From positions 496,001-560,000 of the forward strand of contig NIVC01000349.1 in NCBI GenBank assembly GCA_002269645.1: a stretch of 64,000 nucleotides of DNA. The letters are read 5' to 3'. Shown here piece by piece: positions 39,401-59,483 of the stretch (position 1 is the stretch's first letter; every line of letters begins with the position of its first letter). The position numbers and the translations under genes were made by a program. Source of the stretch: Macrostomum lignano. Taxonomy: Eukaryota. Under the pieces are notes generated by a model, which was given only the letters and a program-made list of their open reading frames with translations, was not told the origin of the DNA and ran no database searches.

Positions 39401-40042
39401 GGGGAATTCTGGATGGGGCGATTCTTCTGGGGAATTCTGGATGGGGCGATTCTTCTGGGGAATTCTGGATGGGGTGATTTTTCTGGGGAATTCTGAATGG
39501 GGCGATTCTTCTAGGGAATTCTGAATGGGGCGATTCTTTTGGGGAATTTCTGGATGGGGCGATTCTGGGGAATTCTGGAGGGGCGATTTTTCTTGGGAAT
39601 TCTGCGGTGGTGATTCTTCTGGGGAAATCAATTTGGGAAGTAGGGAATTCTGGATGGGGCGATTTTTCTGGGGAATTCTGGGGGCGATCCTTCTGGGGAA
39701 TTCTGGGGGCGATCCTTCTGGGGAATTCTGGGGGGGGGGCGATTCCTCTGGGGAATTCTGGGGGGTGGCGATTCCTCTGGGGAATTCTGGATGAGGCGAT
39801 TCTTCTAGGGAATTCTGGATAGGGCGATTCTTCTGGAGAATTCTGGATGGGGCGATTCTTCTAGGGAATTCTGGATAGGGCGATTCTTCTGGAGAATTCT
39901 GGATGGGGCGATTCTTCTGAGGAATTCTTGGGGCTGATTTTTCTGTTCTAGGGAACTCTGGAGGCAATTTCATGAAAACATACCGATAGAAATTTTACTT
40001 ACCAAGCAATATGAATAGGATAGCGAAGACAAGGGAACGCAT
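21079..40042 (-). CDS. FGFR: FGFR-like receptor tyrosine kinase (951 aa; signal peptide, 3 Ig domains, TM, kinase)
   Basis: Eleven exons: 40042-40003, 38048-37778, 37278-36625, 36253-35745, 33928-33508, 32823-32717, 31089-30973, 28054-27843, 26422-26282, 24247-24177 and 21391-21079; 2856 nt, all phases consistent. Signal peptide [13 protein letters not shown]; Ig C..W..Y.C motifs; [27 protein letters not shown]; [46 protein letters not shown]. Confidence 0.92.
21450..22300. repeat. Intronic 21/22-bp array (GATCAAGATCCCCATTTCTGG)
   Basis: Tandem units in FGFR intron 10. Confidence 0.95.
22675..23740. repeat. Intronic ~25-bp array (GAAGATTGTGAATATTGGAGATCGT)
   Basis: Tandem units in FGFR intron 10. 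Confidence 0.93.
24318..24990. repeat. Intronic CT-rich ~23-bp array (CTCTCTCTCCCCTCCTGTTAACC)
   Basis: Tandem units in FGFR intron 9. Confidence 0.93.
25535..26240. repeat. Intronic ~15-bp array (GTCTACCTGTCCCGT)
   Basis: Tandem units in FGFR intron 9. Confidence 0.93.
26455..26960. repeat. (GACA)n microsatellite
   Basis: About 500 bp, next to the FGFR exon-9 acceptor. Confidence 0.97.
27535..27812. repeat. ~23-bp array (AGAGATCTCAGAGAGATTTCCGT), second locus
   Basis: Same unit as 16823-17221. Confidence 0.92.
28082..28800. repeat. GGGGAATTCTGGGGGCGATTCTTCT-family array (FGFR intron 7)
   Basis: ~24-bp EcoRI-site-containing units. Confidence 0.95.
29640..30910. repeat. ~15-bp array (CATTCACTCTCACCT/CCGT)
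   Basis: Tandem units in FGFR intron 7. Confidence 0.95.
31170..32665. repeat. 30-34-bp array (CACAGATCCCCAACTGGGATTCAGAGAACA)
   Basis: Fills FGFR intron 6; unit length varies through a CA microvariant. Confidence 0.96.
32895..33482. repeat. 30-bp array (GATAAAATTGTCACTCCGATAGATGTCATT)
   Basis: Fills FGFR intron 5. Confidence 0.95.
33960..35722. repeat. Compound array: GGGAATTCTGGGGGCGATTCTTTA family, GGGATTCAGGGGAATCT units and AACGATTCYC 10-mers
   Basis: Three adjacent repeat types fill FGFR intron 4. Confidence 0.95.
36278..36614. repeat. (GACA)n/(CA)n microsatellite
   Basis: Fills FGFR intron 3. Confidence 0.96.
37274..37728. repeat. ~40-bp array containing copies of the exon-3 splice acceptor
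   Basis: Unit GGGATCTGAAAGTTGGGATTTGGGATTTTAAGTGTGGAAT plus degenerate subunits. Confidence 0.9.
38155..39960. repeat. GGGGAATTCTGGATGGGGCGATTCTTCT-family array (FGFR intron 1)
   Basis: Same family and orientation as the arrays in introns 4 and 7. Confidence 0.95.
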
Positions 40043-41024
40043 TTACTTTATTAGCTAAGTAATAATTATTGATATAAATTTTAACTTTAAAATAGAACCT
40101 TCCTTTGCTGTCTCGTCTACCTGGCCCGCCCTACTACAACAAGTAAAAGGAGACTGTCTGGAGAGCTCCTGAACTCAGAAATCTCGTCTTGTTATACTGG
40201 TGAGTTTAGATTAGACGGTCATTGGGGAGACCAGTCAGACCACAATTAAAATCGATTACCTATTATGAGGTTACGCATGATTATGAATGAAGTAATCTGT
40301 TGCTGAGGTACCCAGTCCAGTCTGTTCGCTCTTGTCAAGTTTTGCGCAATGGAGGACAGTGTACAAGTTAAAAAAATGCACGCAACAGGTACTTGGGTAC
40401 ACCTGAACCTAATGTTTTTTATCCAGCGAAAATAACTTATTAAATGAATGAATTTTAACTTACCTATTAGAATTAGATACAGAGATAGTAGCGTGAATAC
40501 GCCACGACTGGGCATTGCTGTGCAGTGTGTCTTTTAAATTCACGTTTTCACTTCGATAAGAGCGAGTTCAATTTTGCCACTTTGCCCTTTTATACTGTCT
40601 CTCTCTATGCAAGTGGGTCGCATTTTCGGGGTATAAAAAGATATTTGGGAAGGGGGGCTGAATTGAATTGTGAGGCTGGTTTGGCTGCCATCCCCAACCC
40701 CCAGCCGCCCCCTGTGTTGCCCCTCCTCTCCTCCTCACCTGTCTCCGTGTTCTCATTGGATGGTTGTGCCTGTTGTTAGAATGGATGGATGAAATTCTCT
40801 CTGTTCCTTCCCCGTGCCACCACCACCAAGAGGCCTCTACTTTGCAAAAACTTTATCGCCAGAGGTCTTTGTCCTCGCATAGAGTAGCTATAACAGTTCA
40901 TTTAAGCCAGCGAGAACTTGAACTAGAGCTTTGGAGTCTGACCACTTCTTATTTACATCTCGCTTAATTAAAGTAAAAATCACCGGACCAGATTAAAAAA
41001 CGAAATATATCGATCCCCCGATTT

Positions 41025-41641
41025 TCAACGATTCCCAACGATTCCCAACGATTCCCAGCGATTCTCAACGATTCTCAACGATTCCCAACGATTCCCAACG
41101 ATTCCCAACGATTCTCAACGATTCTCAACGATTCCCAACGATTCCCAACGATTCTCAACGATTCCCAACGATTCCCAACGATTCTCAACGATTCTCAACG
41201 ATTCCCAACGATTCCCAACGATTCCCAACGATTCCCAACGATTCTCAACGATTCTCAACGATTCCCTACGATTCCCAACGATTCTCAACGATTCCCAACG
41301 ATTCCCAACGATTCCCAACGATACTCAACGATTCTCAACGATTCCCAACGATTCTCAACGATTCCCAACGATTCCCAACGATTCTCAACGATTCCCAACG
41401 ATTCTCAACGATTCCCAACGATTCTCAACGATTCCCAACGATTCCCAACGATTCTCAACGATTCCCAACGATTCTCAACGATTCCCAACGATTCTAAACG
41501 ATTCCCAACGATTCCCAACGATTCTCAACGATTCTCAACGATTCCCTACGATTCCCAACGATTCTCAACGATTCCCAACGATTCCCAACGATTCCCAACG
41601 ATTCCCAACGATTCTCAACGATTCTCGACGATTCCCAACGC
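41025..41641. repeat. 10-bp array (AACGATTCCC/AACGATTCTC)
   Basis: Same unit as 35196-35497. Confidence 0.96.
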
Positions 41642-42795
41642 TACCAATGCTTTTAGACTTAGTATAATAGTGCTACTTTATTAAGTTTCATACTATAGTG
41701 TAGTAAGAAAATAAATATAAAAAAGTTCTGCCTGTGCCTGTTAAAACATAAGTTTTAGAAGTTGGCCACTTCACCTTCTGCCTCATGTGGTCTCTCCTTG
41801 GTTTGAATCATCATTCAGCCATTAGTAAGCAATATTATGCCCGTAGTTCGCTTTAGGACTCTTCACCTCTATATATTCGTAAAAACTAAAAAGTATAAAA
41901 ATCGTGTCCTAAGTATTTTATGGCCCCTATTTTTACCTGAAATGCAGGTGTTAGTTAAATTGTGAGTCCCGCACAAGTGGATGTAAAAATTATTTTATGA
42001 CCTGACCTATAAGGCCTAATTGAAGTCAATAGTAATGACCATTATCAAGGCGTTATTATAATTACTGTACACCCTCTTATCAGTGCCAATGCCAATACTA
42101 ATTATATAAATAAGTTTTCTAAGGCAGCAAAATCTACTATTACACTACAAGTACCAACACAAATTGATTTTGAACCCTGGATGCAACTATTTTTGTATGC
42201 ATTCTTAAATCTTAAAGTCGGATCCGCGTCATTCCTGGCTCCTGGGACCCAAAATGGCTCTCTCTCTCTCTCTCCCTCTCTTAACAGCCAGAAAATCTGT
42301 GAAACAGGTTAAGGTAAACTTTAGCCTTGAGCTCCTGTTCTCTCTCGCTTCTCTATAATGACGGCAAAGGCCAAATGAAGCCATGTATAGGGAATACAAA
42401 ATCCCGAGTTTTGCCAATCCCGGGATTTTCGGGATCGGGATATCCCGGACTTTGCCTATCCCGGACTAAGATCAGAAACTTAGAAAAAGTTTTTAATCTT
42501 TGTTGGCGCAATTTTGGTTTATGAAGCCATCTTACAAGTACCTGTACCTGATTTTAAAGAGCTTTTAATAATTAAGTAGAACAAAATAAAATATTTTGTA
42601 CGCGAGAAACTGCTGACAATGAGCTTTGAATTGGACTGTGATGTACGGACTGGCATATTAGACGTGCTTTTTTACATGCCGATGCCAGTATCAGCTCAGG
42701 AAAATCACACTTGAATCATGTATAGCCTTCTACTCACTAGCCTCAATCGCATGATTAAAAGATTAAGAAATCAAAGTAGGACAACCGGGTTACGT

Positions 42796-43030
42796 ATTTT
42801 ATGGTGGAGGGAGGGACAAAGCCAAGAATTCTACATATACATATACATATACTGTATGTACATTATTTTCAGAATCGGTGTTGTCAGCGCTCATTTTGGT
42901 GCCGCAGGCACTCATTTTAGCGCCGCAGGCACTCATTTTAGCGCCGCAGCCACTCATTTTGGCATGTTCAAAGTACATCTTGCATTAAAAAATAAACAAG
43001 CCGAGAAAACTCTTCACCATAGCAGCATTT
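42796..43030 (-). mobile_element. Degenerate second copy of the 21-bp-minisatellite MITE family, inverted
   Basis: ATTTTATGGTGG..GGGACAAAGCCAAGAATTCTA, TTTTCAGAATCGGTGTTGTCAGC, about 3.5 units of the 21-mer and TCACCATAGCAGCA match the reverse complement of parts of 9400-10570. TIRs not recognisable. Confidence 0.78.
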
Positions 43031-44163
43031 TTCGACAATTGGTTATGTTATTAATTTGTTATTATAGCTGTAATTAATAGCAAACTGTAACAACAATATT
43101 GCAGCTTTATTATTAATAATAATAATTAACAAAACGTAATTTCGCTTTTCACAAGTAGTATATATATTTAATACATATTATTTCAAAGTATTTGATTAAA
43201 CTATTATTAATAATGGTGAAAGCGACATTAAATAACGTCATTTTATTAGATAACAATAGACATTCAGGCGCCGTACATGCTAAACACACATTTAATTAGT
43301 GCACCTTTGAGTAGTTTATAATACACAGTACAGATAAATCTTAATTCCTATAGATTTACAATATTGCAGAACTGGTGTGTATAGGCGAGTGAAAGCAAGT
43401 TTCGGGACAACAGTTAAAACAAACAATTAAACCGTAAATTTAATTTGTTATTTCAATACCTTTTGGAAACAAATGAGTTTCAATAGAAAAACATGACAAA
43501 AACTGTGGAAAAAACGTTAGGAAAAACCATTCGCAGTAGAATACTAGGCACACTACTCACTACAACACTTCAGTAGAGTAGTAAGCATATTAATATTGAA
43601 CGACTGTTTTTTGCCTTGGCAATTTCAAGATATTTCCGGTGTTGCACAGGAAAAGACAGACTTTACAACGATCTGGTCGGTGTACACAGAGAATTGCGAA
43701 AGAAAACAGTTACTAAGCTGTGATATTTTAACTAACTAGTGGAAATCGTGGTGTCTGCAATCTGTGGAAAGCGCACGAAATTAATATATAATAATAATAA
43801 TGTATATTTAATTCATGGCTACAACAGACAACAGGTAATAAACGAAACAAATAAACAAAGCAACAGGAACCAGAAATTTTATTATAAACAGACAGGAAAG
43901 GCAAACGCCGCAAAGTTTATGAAAGTTATTTAAAAAAAAAAACTCAATTTAATGTACAGAATGCAGGTAAATAATGTGAATAAACACGAGACCTAAACTT
44001 GAATCAGGTCTTCAAGCAACCAACTTTGCAATTACTCGTAAATGATAACACTAATGACTTAGCAACACATTTTTGAAGAGTATAAAATTTTATATATATA
44101 CCTACTACAGTGCATGGCCCTTGAAGGGCCGTTTTACTTTCTGACATTATTCCATGATTTAAT

Positions 44164-45174
44164 CAGGGGTCGGCAAACTCCGGAACGCGGGCCACATGCG
44201 GCCCTCGAAGCCTCTCTATCCGTCCCTTGTGTCCTTTGAAATTTCACAATAGCAATCCGGCCCTCTCAAGGTTTGTGTCTCTTCTCAGCTCTCTCTCTCT
44301 TCTCTTCTGTCTCCTCTCTATTCCCTCTTCCCTCTCTTCTCTCTCTCTTCTCTTCTGTCTCCTCTCTATACCCTCTTCCCTCTCTTCTCTCTCTCCCTCT
44401 CCTCTCTTATCTCTTCCCTCTCCCCTCTCATCTCTTCCCTCTCCCCTCTCTTATCTCTTCCCTCTCCCCTCTCTCCTCTCTCTTATCTCTCTCCCTCTCT
44501 TATCTCTCTCCCTCTCTTATCTCTTCCCTCTCCCCCCTCTCCTCTCTCTTATCTCTCTCCCTCTCTTATCTCTCTCCCTCTCTTATCTCTTCCCTCTCCC
44601 CTCTCTCCTCTCTCTTATCTCTCTCCCTCTCTTATCTCTTCCCTCTCCCCTCTCTCCTCTCTCTTATCTCTCTCCCTCTCTTATCTCTTCCCTCTCCCCT
44701 CTCTCCTCTCTCTTATCTCTCTCCCTCTCTTATCTCTTCCCTCTCCCCTCTCTCCTCTCTCTTATCTCTCTCCCTCTCTTATCTCTTCCCTCTCCCCTCT
44801 CTCCTCTCTCTTATCTCTCTCCCTCTCTTATCTCTCTCCCTCTCTTATCTCTTCCCTCTCCCCTCTCTCCTCTCTCTTATCTCTCTCCCTCTCTTCTCTC
44901 TCTCCCTCTCTTATCTCCCCTCTCTTATCTCTTTCCTCTCCCCTTTCTTATTTCTCCTCTCTCCCCTCTCTTATCTCTCCTCTCTTATCTCTCCTCTCTC
45001 CCCTCTCTTATCTCTTCCCTCTCCCCTCTCTAATCTGTCCCTCTTCTCTCCTCTTCTATATTTTCTCTCAGCCCTCATCTTCTATTCCCTCTCCTTTCCA
45101 CTCTCATCTGGCCCGCAGCCATAAGTCAGATGCTCTATTCTGGCTCTTGAGGTAAAAATCGTTGCCGAGCAATG
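44164..45174. mobile_element. hAT (Charlie-like) non-autonomous element with an internal CT-rich tandem array
   Basis: Left end CAGGGGTCGGCAAACT..GCGGGCCACATGCGGCCC; right end TCTGGCCCGCAGCC..TTGCCGAGCAATG (degraded TIR). Flanks ATTTAAT and ATTTAAAT form a near-TSD. CT array at about 44280-45100. Confidence 0.72.
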
Positions 45175-45789
45175 ATTTAAATCGGATATTTTCGCCAAAC
45201 TGCAGCAGATTAGCAACCATATTTAAAATTGTTATAACTTTATTGCGTATTAATTCTTTTTATCTAGCAAACAAATACTTGTAATAACAAAAATGTTTAA
45301 AGCTCCAGGTGCGAAAAAGCCTAAATTAAGACGGATATTATACTAGGAGTTAAGAACCTAAATTGCAGCTCTTAAAAGGAAGTTGAAAAACACGGGTTCT
45401 ATAATAATAAACAAATTCTCAACACCAAGCAGCAATACAATACAGAAACAGCTTCAACAGAACAAAAGCAACAAAGCAAACAATTATAAAATATTAAGAA
45501 GCCACAAAATTAAACAAACGAACAAACTTATAACATACTGGAACGTAATCCCGTTTAAAAAAATCCAAAAAAATTGTCTACACTTCAAGCGACAAAAACA
45601 TTTGACAAAAATGACAAAAAGAAGAGTAAATAGTGTTAACAGCATGCGCCAATTATATTACTGCTCCAGCTTAATCAGTAGAGTAGTAGAGATTTTTGCT
45701 GTAAATTTAGTGAAAACAAGTAGAGATTTTTCTAAATAAATTGTTATGATTTCAACTCCAGTTATAAGCAATCTGAAACTGGCTGGCAA

Positions 45790-53207
<7,418 letters not shown>

Positions 53208-56200
53208 CTTTTGCCCTCAGCCCAAGTCTGTGTCTGCCTTCTCACTTCAAATTGGGCTAACTGCCACACTGAGCCGCAACACTGTAGCAGTAGAGACGAC
53301 TTACTGACTGCAGAAATGACATGAAAACAAGCAAAATATAATTAAAACCTTGTAAAACCTTTACTTTTGACATCTTAGTATTGGTTTTATTTAACTTTTT
53401 TGTGTTGATTTTTAAAATATCTTATGCAAAATGCTACTAAATGATATGGACCCCTCCTAAATGTCATTATAAATATTTCTATACAAAAATAATCTTTTAC
53501 GATTAACACTACAAATTACTAGACCTAGTTGTATATTTTTATTCATATGCTTTGATTGAAAAAAACAGATAAATTATGCAATTGTTTATGTATTTATATA
53601 ATTGATCCATGTGACTTTAATATATTATGCTTTATAAATTGGCTCAACAAATGTTAATCTTGATTTCAAGTTAACCATTTCATGTTAATACAAATTCAAG
53701 ATCTTGAAACTAAGATTGAGATTTAAAAAAGTGCCAAGACCTTAAAAAATCAAGATCTTGTTTGACCCCTACTTAATATTAAGTGAAGATTTTAATGAAA
53801 TCAAGTTTACAACTTATGCCATAAAGTCAAGGGTCACTAGGTCAAGGAAAATAATAAAATGAAATTTCCACTCAACATATAGGTATAAGAATATTGGACC
53901 TAGCCTATATAAACAAACATATTTTTTTTATTATCAAAAAGAAACTATAAAGTTTGTATAAAAAACAACAAAGCCAAAAGTTAGACCTAGAAGTAGGGAT
54001 GCCAATTCCAATTAACTAATTTGCCAAAAAATGGTTTTGGCCTAAAACCATTTTTTGGTCTAGTTTTTCACAGTTTTTCACATGCTTATTAAAAAATTAA
54101 AATGGAATATAATTTTTGTAATTTGTACATTTTATATGAAACAATAATACTATACCAAGATGGAATTCTTGCTAGGGGAAAAAATGCGCGTGCACATTTT
54201 TGGAATAGCGTGTAAGTGTGCATGCCAACTGTAAAAATAATTAGTCATATTGCAATTATGCAGGCCCCTCCCAATTCTTTTACAAAATTTCATATAACTC
54301 ATTTTGAATGTGTGCCGAATCTAGGAAAACATGTTTGTTATAATACACATATTTTTTATAATATTTTATGCAAACTAATTTTTGTTTGAACTAGCAGTAA
54401 ATTTTAATATAAATAGAAGCTTTTTTGGTGGAGGAGAGACCAACTTTGCATATTGCGTTTCCTTAAGAAACAAAGCCAGTATCAAATAGTAAGAGTTCCA
54501 AGTAAACATTATTGAGGATTGTTTTCCAAGTTATTTATTTGCAGAAGAGAAGTGAAGTGGCAGAGAACACATACAATATATACTACTGAGAAGTGGAAAT
54601 AGTAAAAGACTACGAAGTAGATCCTAAATCAATACATAAAAGAATAACTGGAGGCTGTGGCCCTCTGATCTTGGTAACACCCAGGATTGGAAGTATATGC
54701 AATACATCTACCAGTAAGCCAATACACTACTTAGGCCAGAATAATAGTAGAATGCTACTATAATAACAGTAGAATGCAACTTGTATATCAAGAATAATAC
54801 TAGAATGATACTCAGACAACTACTTAGATATATACTCAAACTAATTCTAAGAAACATTTATCAGACTTATTCTAAGATTAATAAACTCATAATTTATTAA
54901 TAGAATAGTCTTAGTGGTAGCTACCAACATTTATAAAGACAGAAGTTAAGCCCTTTGACAACTTTGGTGACATTGTGGAATTTTTTGTAGGGACAGAAGT
55001 TTAGCCCTTTGACAATTTGGTGGCAGCAATGGGATAATTTCAGTGAGAGCAATCATGCCTGTTACAACTTTGGTAGCTAATTAGTGAGATATCAATAGAG
55101 GGAAGCTCATCCCTATCACACAAACATGGCCTATATGCTAAAAATGAAACTTCTAGTTTTTCAATTCTATGTCAACATAAATTAAAAATTGTACTCCAAG
55201 TGTAAATTAGTTTGAATGCTATTTTTTTAGAGAAAATATTCTTTAAAAATTAATATTTTAACTAAACTTTAAAGTAACTGTTTTTGCTAGGAACTATTAT
55301 TCTTTGTTTTACTTTTGTTTTAAAATTTTTTAGTGTAAAAACAAATTTCTAGACTATAAAAAATAGGAGAACTTGAGTGCGCATATGTTGCATAACCATA
55401 TTATATGCATGTAAAAGTCAAATCCTGTCTGTGATTCTGCCACAAATAGCTTTTTGCACAAGCGTATATGATTAAGCCTGCAGACACTTTCTTTGAGAGT
55501 GCGCAAGTAGGCCCCTTTTTAGCAAGCAGGCACGTACGAATTTAACAAGTGTGCACAAATGCAGACTCAAGGGGACAGAGTGGCAGATTCAAGGGGATAA
55601 AGAAAATGACATAAATATAAATGAGGGATTCTTATAAAAAGCTTTTAATAAACTCAATCTATCTAAGAATAACTTAAACTAAAACTTTGTCATTAACTCT
55701 GCCAAACTTTAAAGTTAATCATTTGAAGTTAAAAAAGTTTGTATTATCATATTTGCAATCATAAATTTACGAGTATAACATAATTGTTAGCTAGTGTGGC
55801 AGGCAGGATGCCACTGAGTTGAGTATTTTTTTAACAGTTGATGACTAAATCTTTATTTTGGTTGGTCTACATGTTGATCATTAAATTATTTTCCCTGGCT
55901 TGGAGTTGTTTAGCCAATGCTCCATTGAGTGTTCTATGCTCTGTATGCTCAAGCCCGTATGCGGGAACTTTTGTTAGAATATACTTGCCGCCGGGTTATA
56001 TGTGTTATATTTCAAGCCCTATTCAATGTTATCCATTGAGTTTTCTATCAGCTGCTCCCATTTGCAGACTAGCTTGCATTACTATTTAAAATCTCTGTTT
56101 TTCTTAAAAAAAGTTATGCTTTGCCCCTTTTTTTCTTTCTCCTTCTCCTCTATGTTCTGTTTTTCTATTGCTTAATTTCTGACAAGTTTTAACTAGTTTA

Positions 56201-56841
56201 CTTTATTCCACGTTTATACCTAGGTACTGCCGAATTTTAGCTTATTTATAAAATTAACTATTTGCCTGCTCAATAATTAACCACTTATTAAATCTTTAAT
56301 AAAATTTATCATCTAATATTTATTCAGTGATCCATAAGCCATAGTATTTCTTAAGTATTTGCCCATGGGGCATAAAATAACCCAAAGTTCTCATCTCAAA
56401 GAAAGCTCTGAGAATTATTTGTTCCATAATACATAAATTATAGTGGTGGCAACAACTACCCTATTGAAAGAAACCAGCTTAGCAAAAGCAACACATTAAT
56501 TTACAGTGTCAGAGTCTATGGCATCTTATTATTTGAACAACAGCACCACTACACAACTGCTCTGCTATGATTACGACTACCTTCCCCCCCAGACTTGAGA
56601 ACCCGGTAGTTGGAGAAAAACAGGAGAAAGAATTTCATTGTGATTTGTCTGCGCAATTTCTAGATTTATTTGTGCAAACACCACACTTGCAGCAATTCAA
56701 ACGTGGAATCTGCCCCACCTCATTGGTGTCAGCAACTAATTTTAAACAACCAATTTCTAAGAAAAAACTTTCTCTACCCCCATTTCATTAGTTTAGATAA
56801 AGTTAAGAAAAAGGAGTGTATGACTAAGACCACCATATACC

Positions 56842-57416
56842 CCAGGTTGCGGATGGTATGCATGTATGCTGGAACTTTTCCGGCGTACAAAATGGCCACC
56901 CTAAGTCCTTGGTATACACAATCGGCGTACACAACCCCTGGCGCACTTTGTTGGCGTATATTATTGGCATACACAAGTAACACAGCCACACATACTTTTT
57001 TGGCGTACAAATTTTGGTGAATAAATTCATGCCATGCATGAAAATTGTAATGTAAATTAACGTTTTTATGTAAAGTAAAAGAAAATTAAATCGTAAGTGA
57101 TAAACTTTTAGCTTCTTTTAAATTAATAATAAATAAAATTAGTGTATTTTTTGCTAAGGGTATTAATTTTGCATCATATTTTTTGTAAGTATAATTTAGG
57201 TTTGTTTAAATTGAAAATATTTGTAATATTTTAAAAACACTTGTCATACAAAAGCCTTTCTTAGAAAACTCTACTTGTGAAAACCAAATGACCTCTTTTT
57301 AGGAATTTTTGGTGTACATTTTAGTGCAACTTTTTGTTTTTGGCGTACACTGGCGTACAAAGTCCTTGATGCCCAAATTTTTTCTGGCGTACACGGGTAC
57401 ATGATCCGCACACTGG
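56842..57416. mobile_element. Putative hAT-type MITE with GGCGTACA subterminal motifs
   Basis: Termini CCAGGTTGCGGAT and ATCCGCACACTGG. Flanks CATATACC and CACATACC (7/8 TSD). Six exact GGCGTACA copies plus variants, clustered toward both ends. Confidence 0.68.
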
Positions 57417-59483
57417 CACATACCAAGAGTGCCACAGCTATTATTGGCTATTGGTATTAAAGAGGAGCTACCATTCTTTTAGCATTCATTGCTATTCCTC
57501 TCATAGGTTCCTCTCTTTGTCTCTTGCAGCCTTATCCTAATGGCTCTCCTACCTACTTATCCTTTTTTAGCATCATCTAATAACACATTGAGCCAAATTT
57601 CTCCCTTAGCTCTTTAAGTGTGGCAGTCTTGGTTCTACACCAAAAAGGACATGCTTTAGCAACAAACAAATATAATGAAAAGATGAATTTTTTATAGGCT
57701 TCGGCCTAGTATGTAATTATATTTTTTATGCTTATTTTATTATGTTTATTCTTTAAAAAATACACTTAAACTAGTTTTCTTAAAAAATATGGTTTTCAAA
57801 CTGGTTAACTGGTTCTCAAAAAGGCATAGGCTAGTTTTTGGCATCACTAGGCCTACCTATCAAAAACAATCTAGAAGACAAAATAGAAAAACACAAGTCA
57901 ACTAAGTCAAGTGGTAATAATATAAAAATTCAACCTAGACCTATTTGGATTTTTCAGTACTTGGAAATCATATTCATAAAATAATAAGATTTTCAATTTT
58001 GAAAAATTAGCCACCATAAGCCTAGTTCATATTAAAATCTGTAAGCAGTAAGCTGTACCTGCATACCAACGTAAACGACGTAAACGTGGTAAATATTGGA
58101 ACAGCATTTTAGCACTAATCATCGATCACGGAATTGAATATTATATGACATATCCGAGCTTCTTCCAGTGGACTTCAGTCCAAGTTAATGGCTGCGATCA
58201 GCTACAAGAACAGTATAGTAGCCTACACTACGTACGTACGGCGCGTAACAAAAATATTTCATAATTTAAAAAGTCGCATATTACAAGTGCGAAAAACAAA
58301 CATTGCACACTTTGTAATCTCTTGTTTCTCTTTGAACACAAAACTGGGCTAATAATATTTTTTACTAAACCAGCTATCTCAAACACTGAATTGTCAAAAA
58401 AGCGAATAAATCTAAAAATTAGATTGGCGAGTGAGACCAGCTACTTGAAATATATTCTACATGTAACGTACACACGACATGTCACATATTTCATATTTAT
58501 GTATTACGAAAATCACAGCCAATCAAAAAATAACACTGACACTGACAGGACCGTTTGGATTTACTCTGGAGTAGTCTCTGAGACCATTATTTAAACGTGA
58601 TAGTAATTAACTGATAACTGAAATATTTGCATTGAATTAAGGACAGTTATAGTTAGATATCATGTGATTAATACATGGAATACAAGTCATGTACATTTTA
58701 TGTGTAAAAAGAAACTCGGAAAAAATTGCGGCTTTCGGCTAAGAAAAAATGTATGAGAGATAAACATTTTGATTTTTGGTGTAACATTTTGTTAATCATA
58801 TTACTGCAAAAATTATCCCACCAATCCTGATTCCACCTCATCGGGCTTTGAGAGTTAGATTGGAATAAGGAAACCTAAGAAGTCCTTAATATTTGAGCTT
58901 CGTTGCGTAATTTAAATGCATATGTAAATATAATTTACAATATGCATTTCGTAAATTAATATGAATCTGCATGATCCTTGAAACAGCAAAATTAAATGTC
59001 AACTTAACAATTGACTTTTGCAAATTATTTATTTCTCATCAAAAACTGCTCGCAACAATTTTTGCCACTATGAAAGTGACTGTGTGCTTGGTTGCTGCTA
59101 CATATCATTTTTGTATTAATACGTATTTTTCAGCGTTGTGTTACGTGTCGCTAGGATTTCAAACTGCTCTTTTTATAGGAAACGAAAACAACAGAACTAA
59201 ATACAAATGGTACACACGTTGTTCGTTCGACTTAGACTGTTCCGTTTCAACACAACTTTAATAATATACCTATCATCTCAATTTATAAAGTATTTTTTAT
59301 TTTGTTCTAAAGATGTTATCTATCTAGAGTCAAAATCTTAAGAGTTTTTCTTGACAATTCATACGACATAGGACATACTGCATTACTGCATACTTCATAA
59401 CACTCAGCATTTGCAACGTCAATAAAGCTCAGTTGGCACGCAACCACCGCTCTACAGTTAAAATATTAAACAATATTTTTTCA

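Noticed and set aside
40480-40980. TATAAAAAG at 40632 as a promoter or solo LTR
   Set aside because: It points away from FGFR, no downstream + strand gene was found, and there are no TG..CA ends or TSD.
53994-57849. TAGGGATGCCAA and TTGGCATCACTA as TIRs of a 3.9-kb hAT element
   Set aside because: The flanks (CCTAGAAG and GGCCTACC) do not form a TSD and there is no transposase ORF; probably ends of separate relics.
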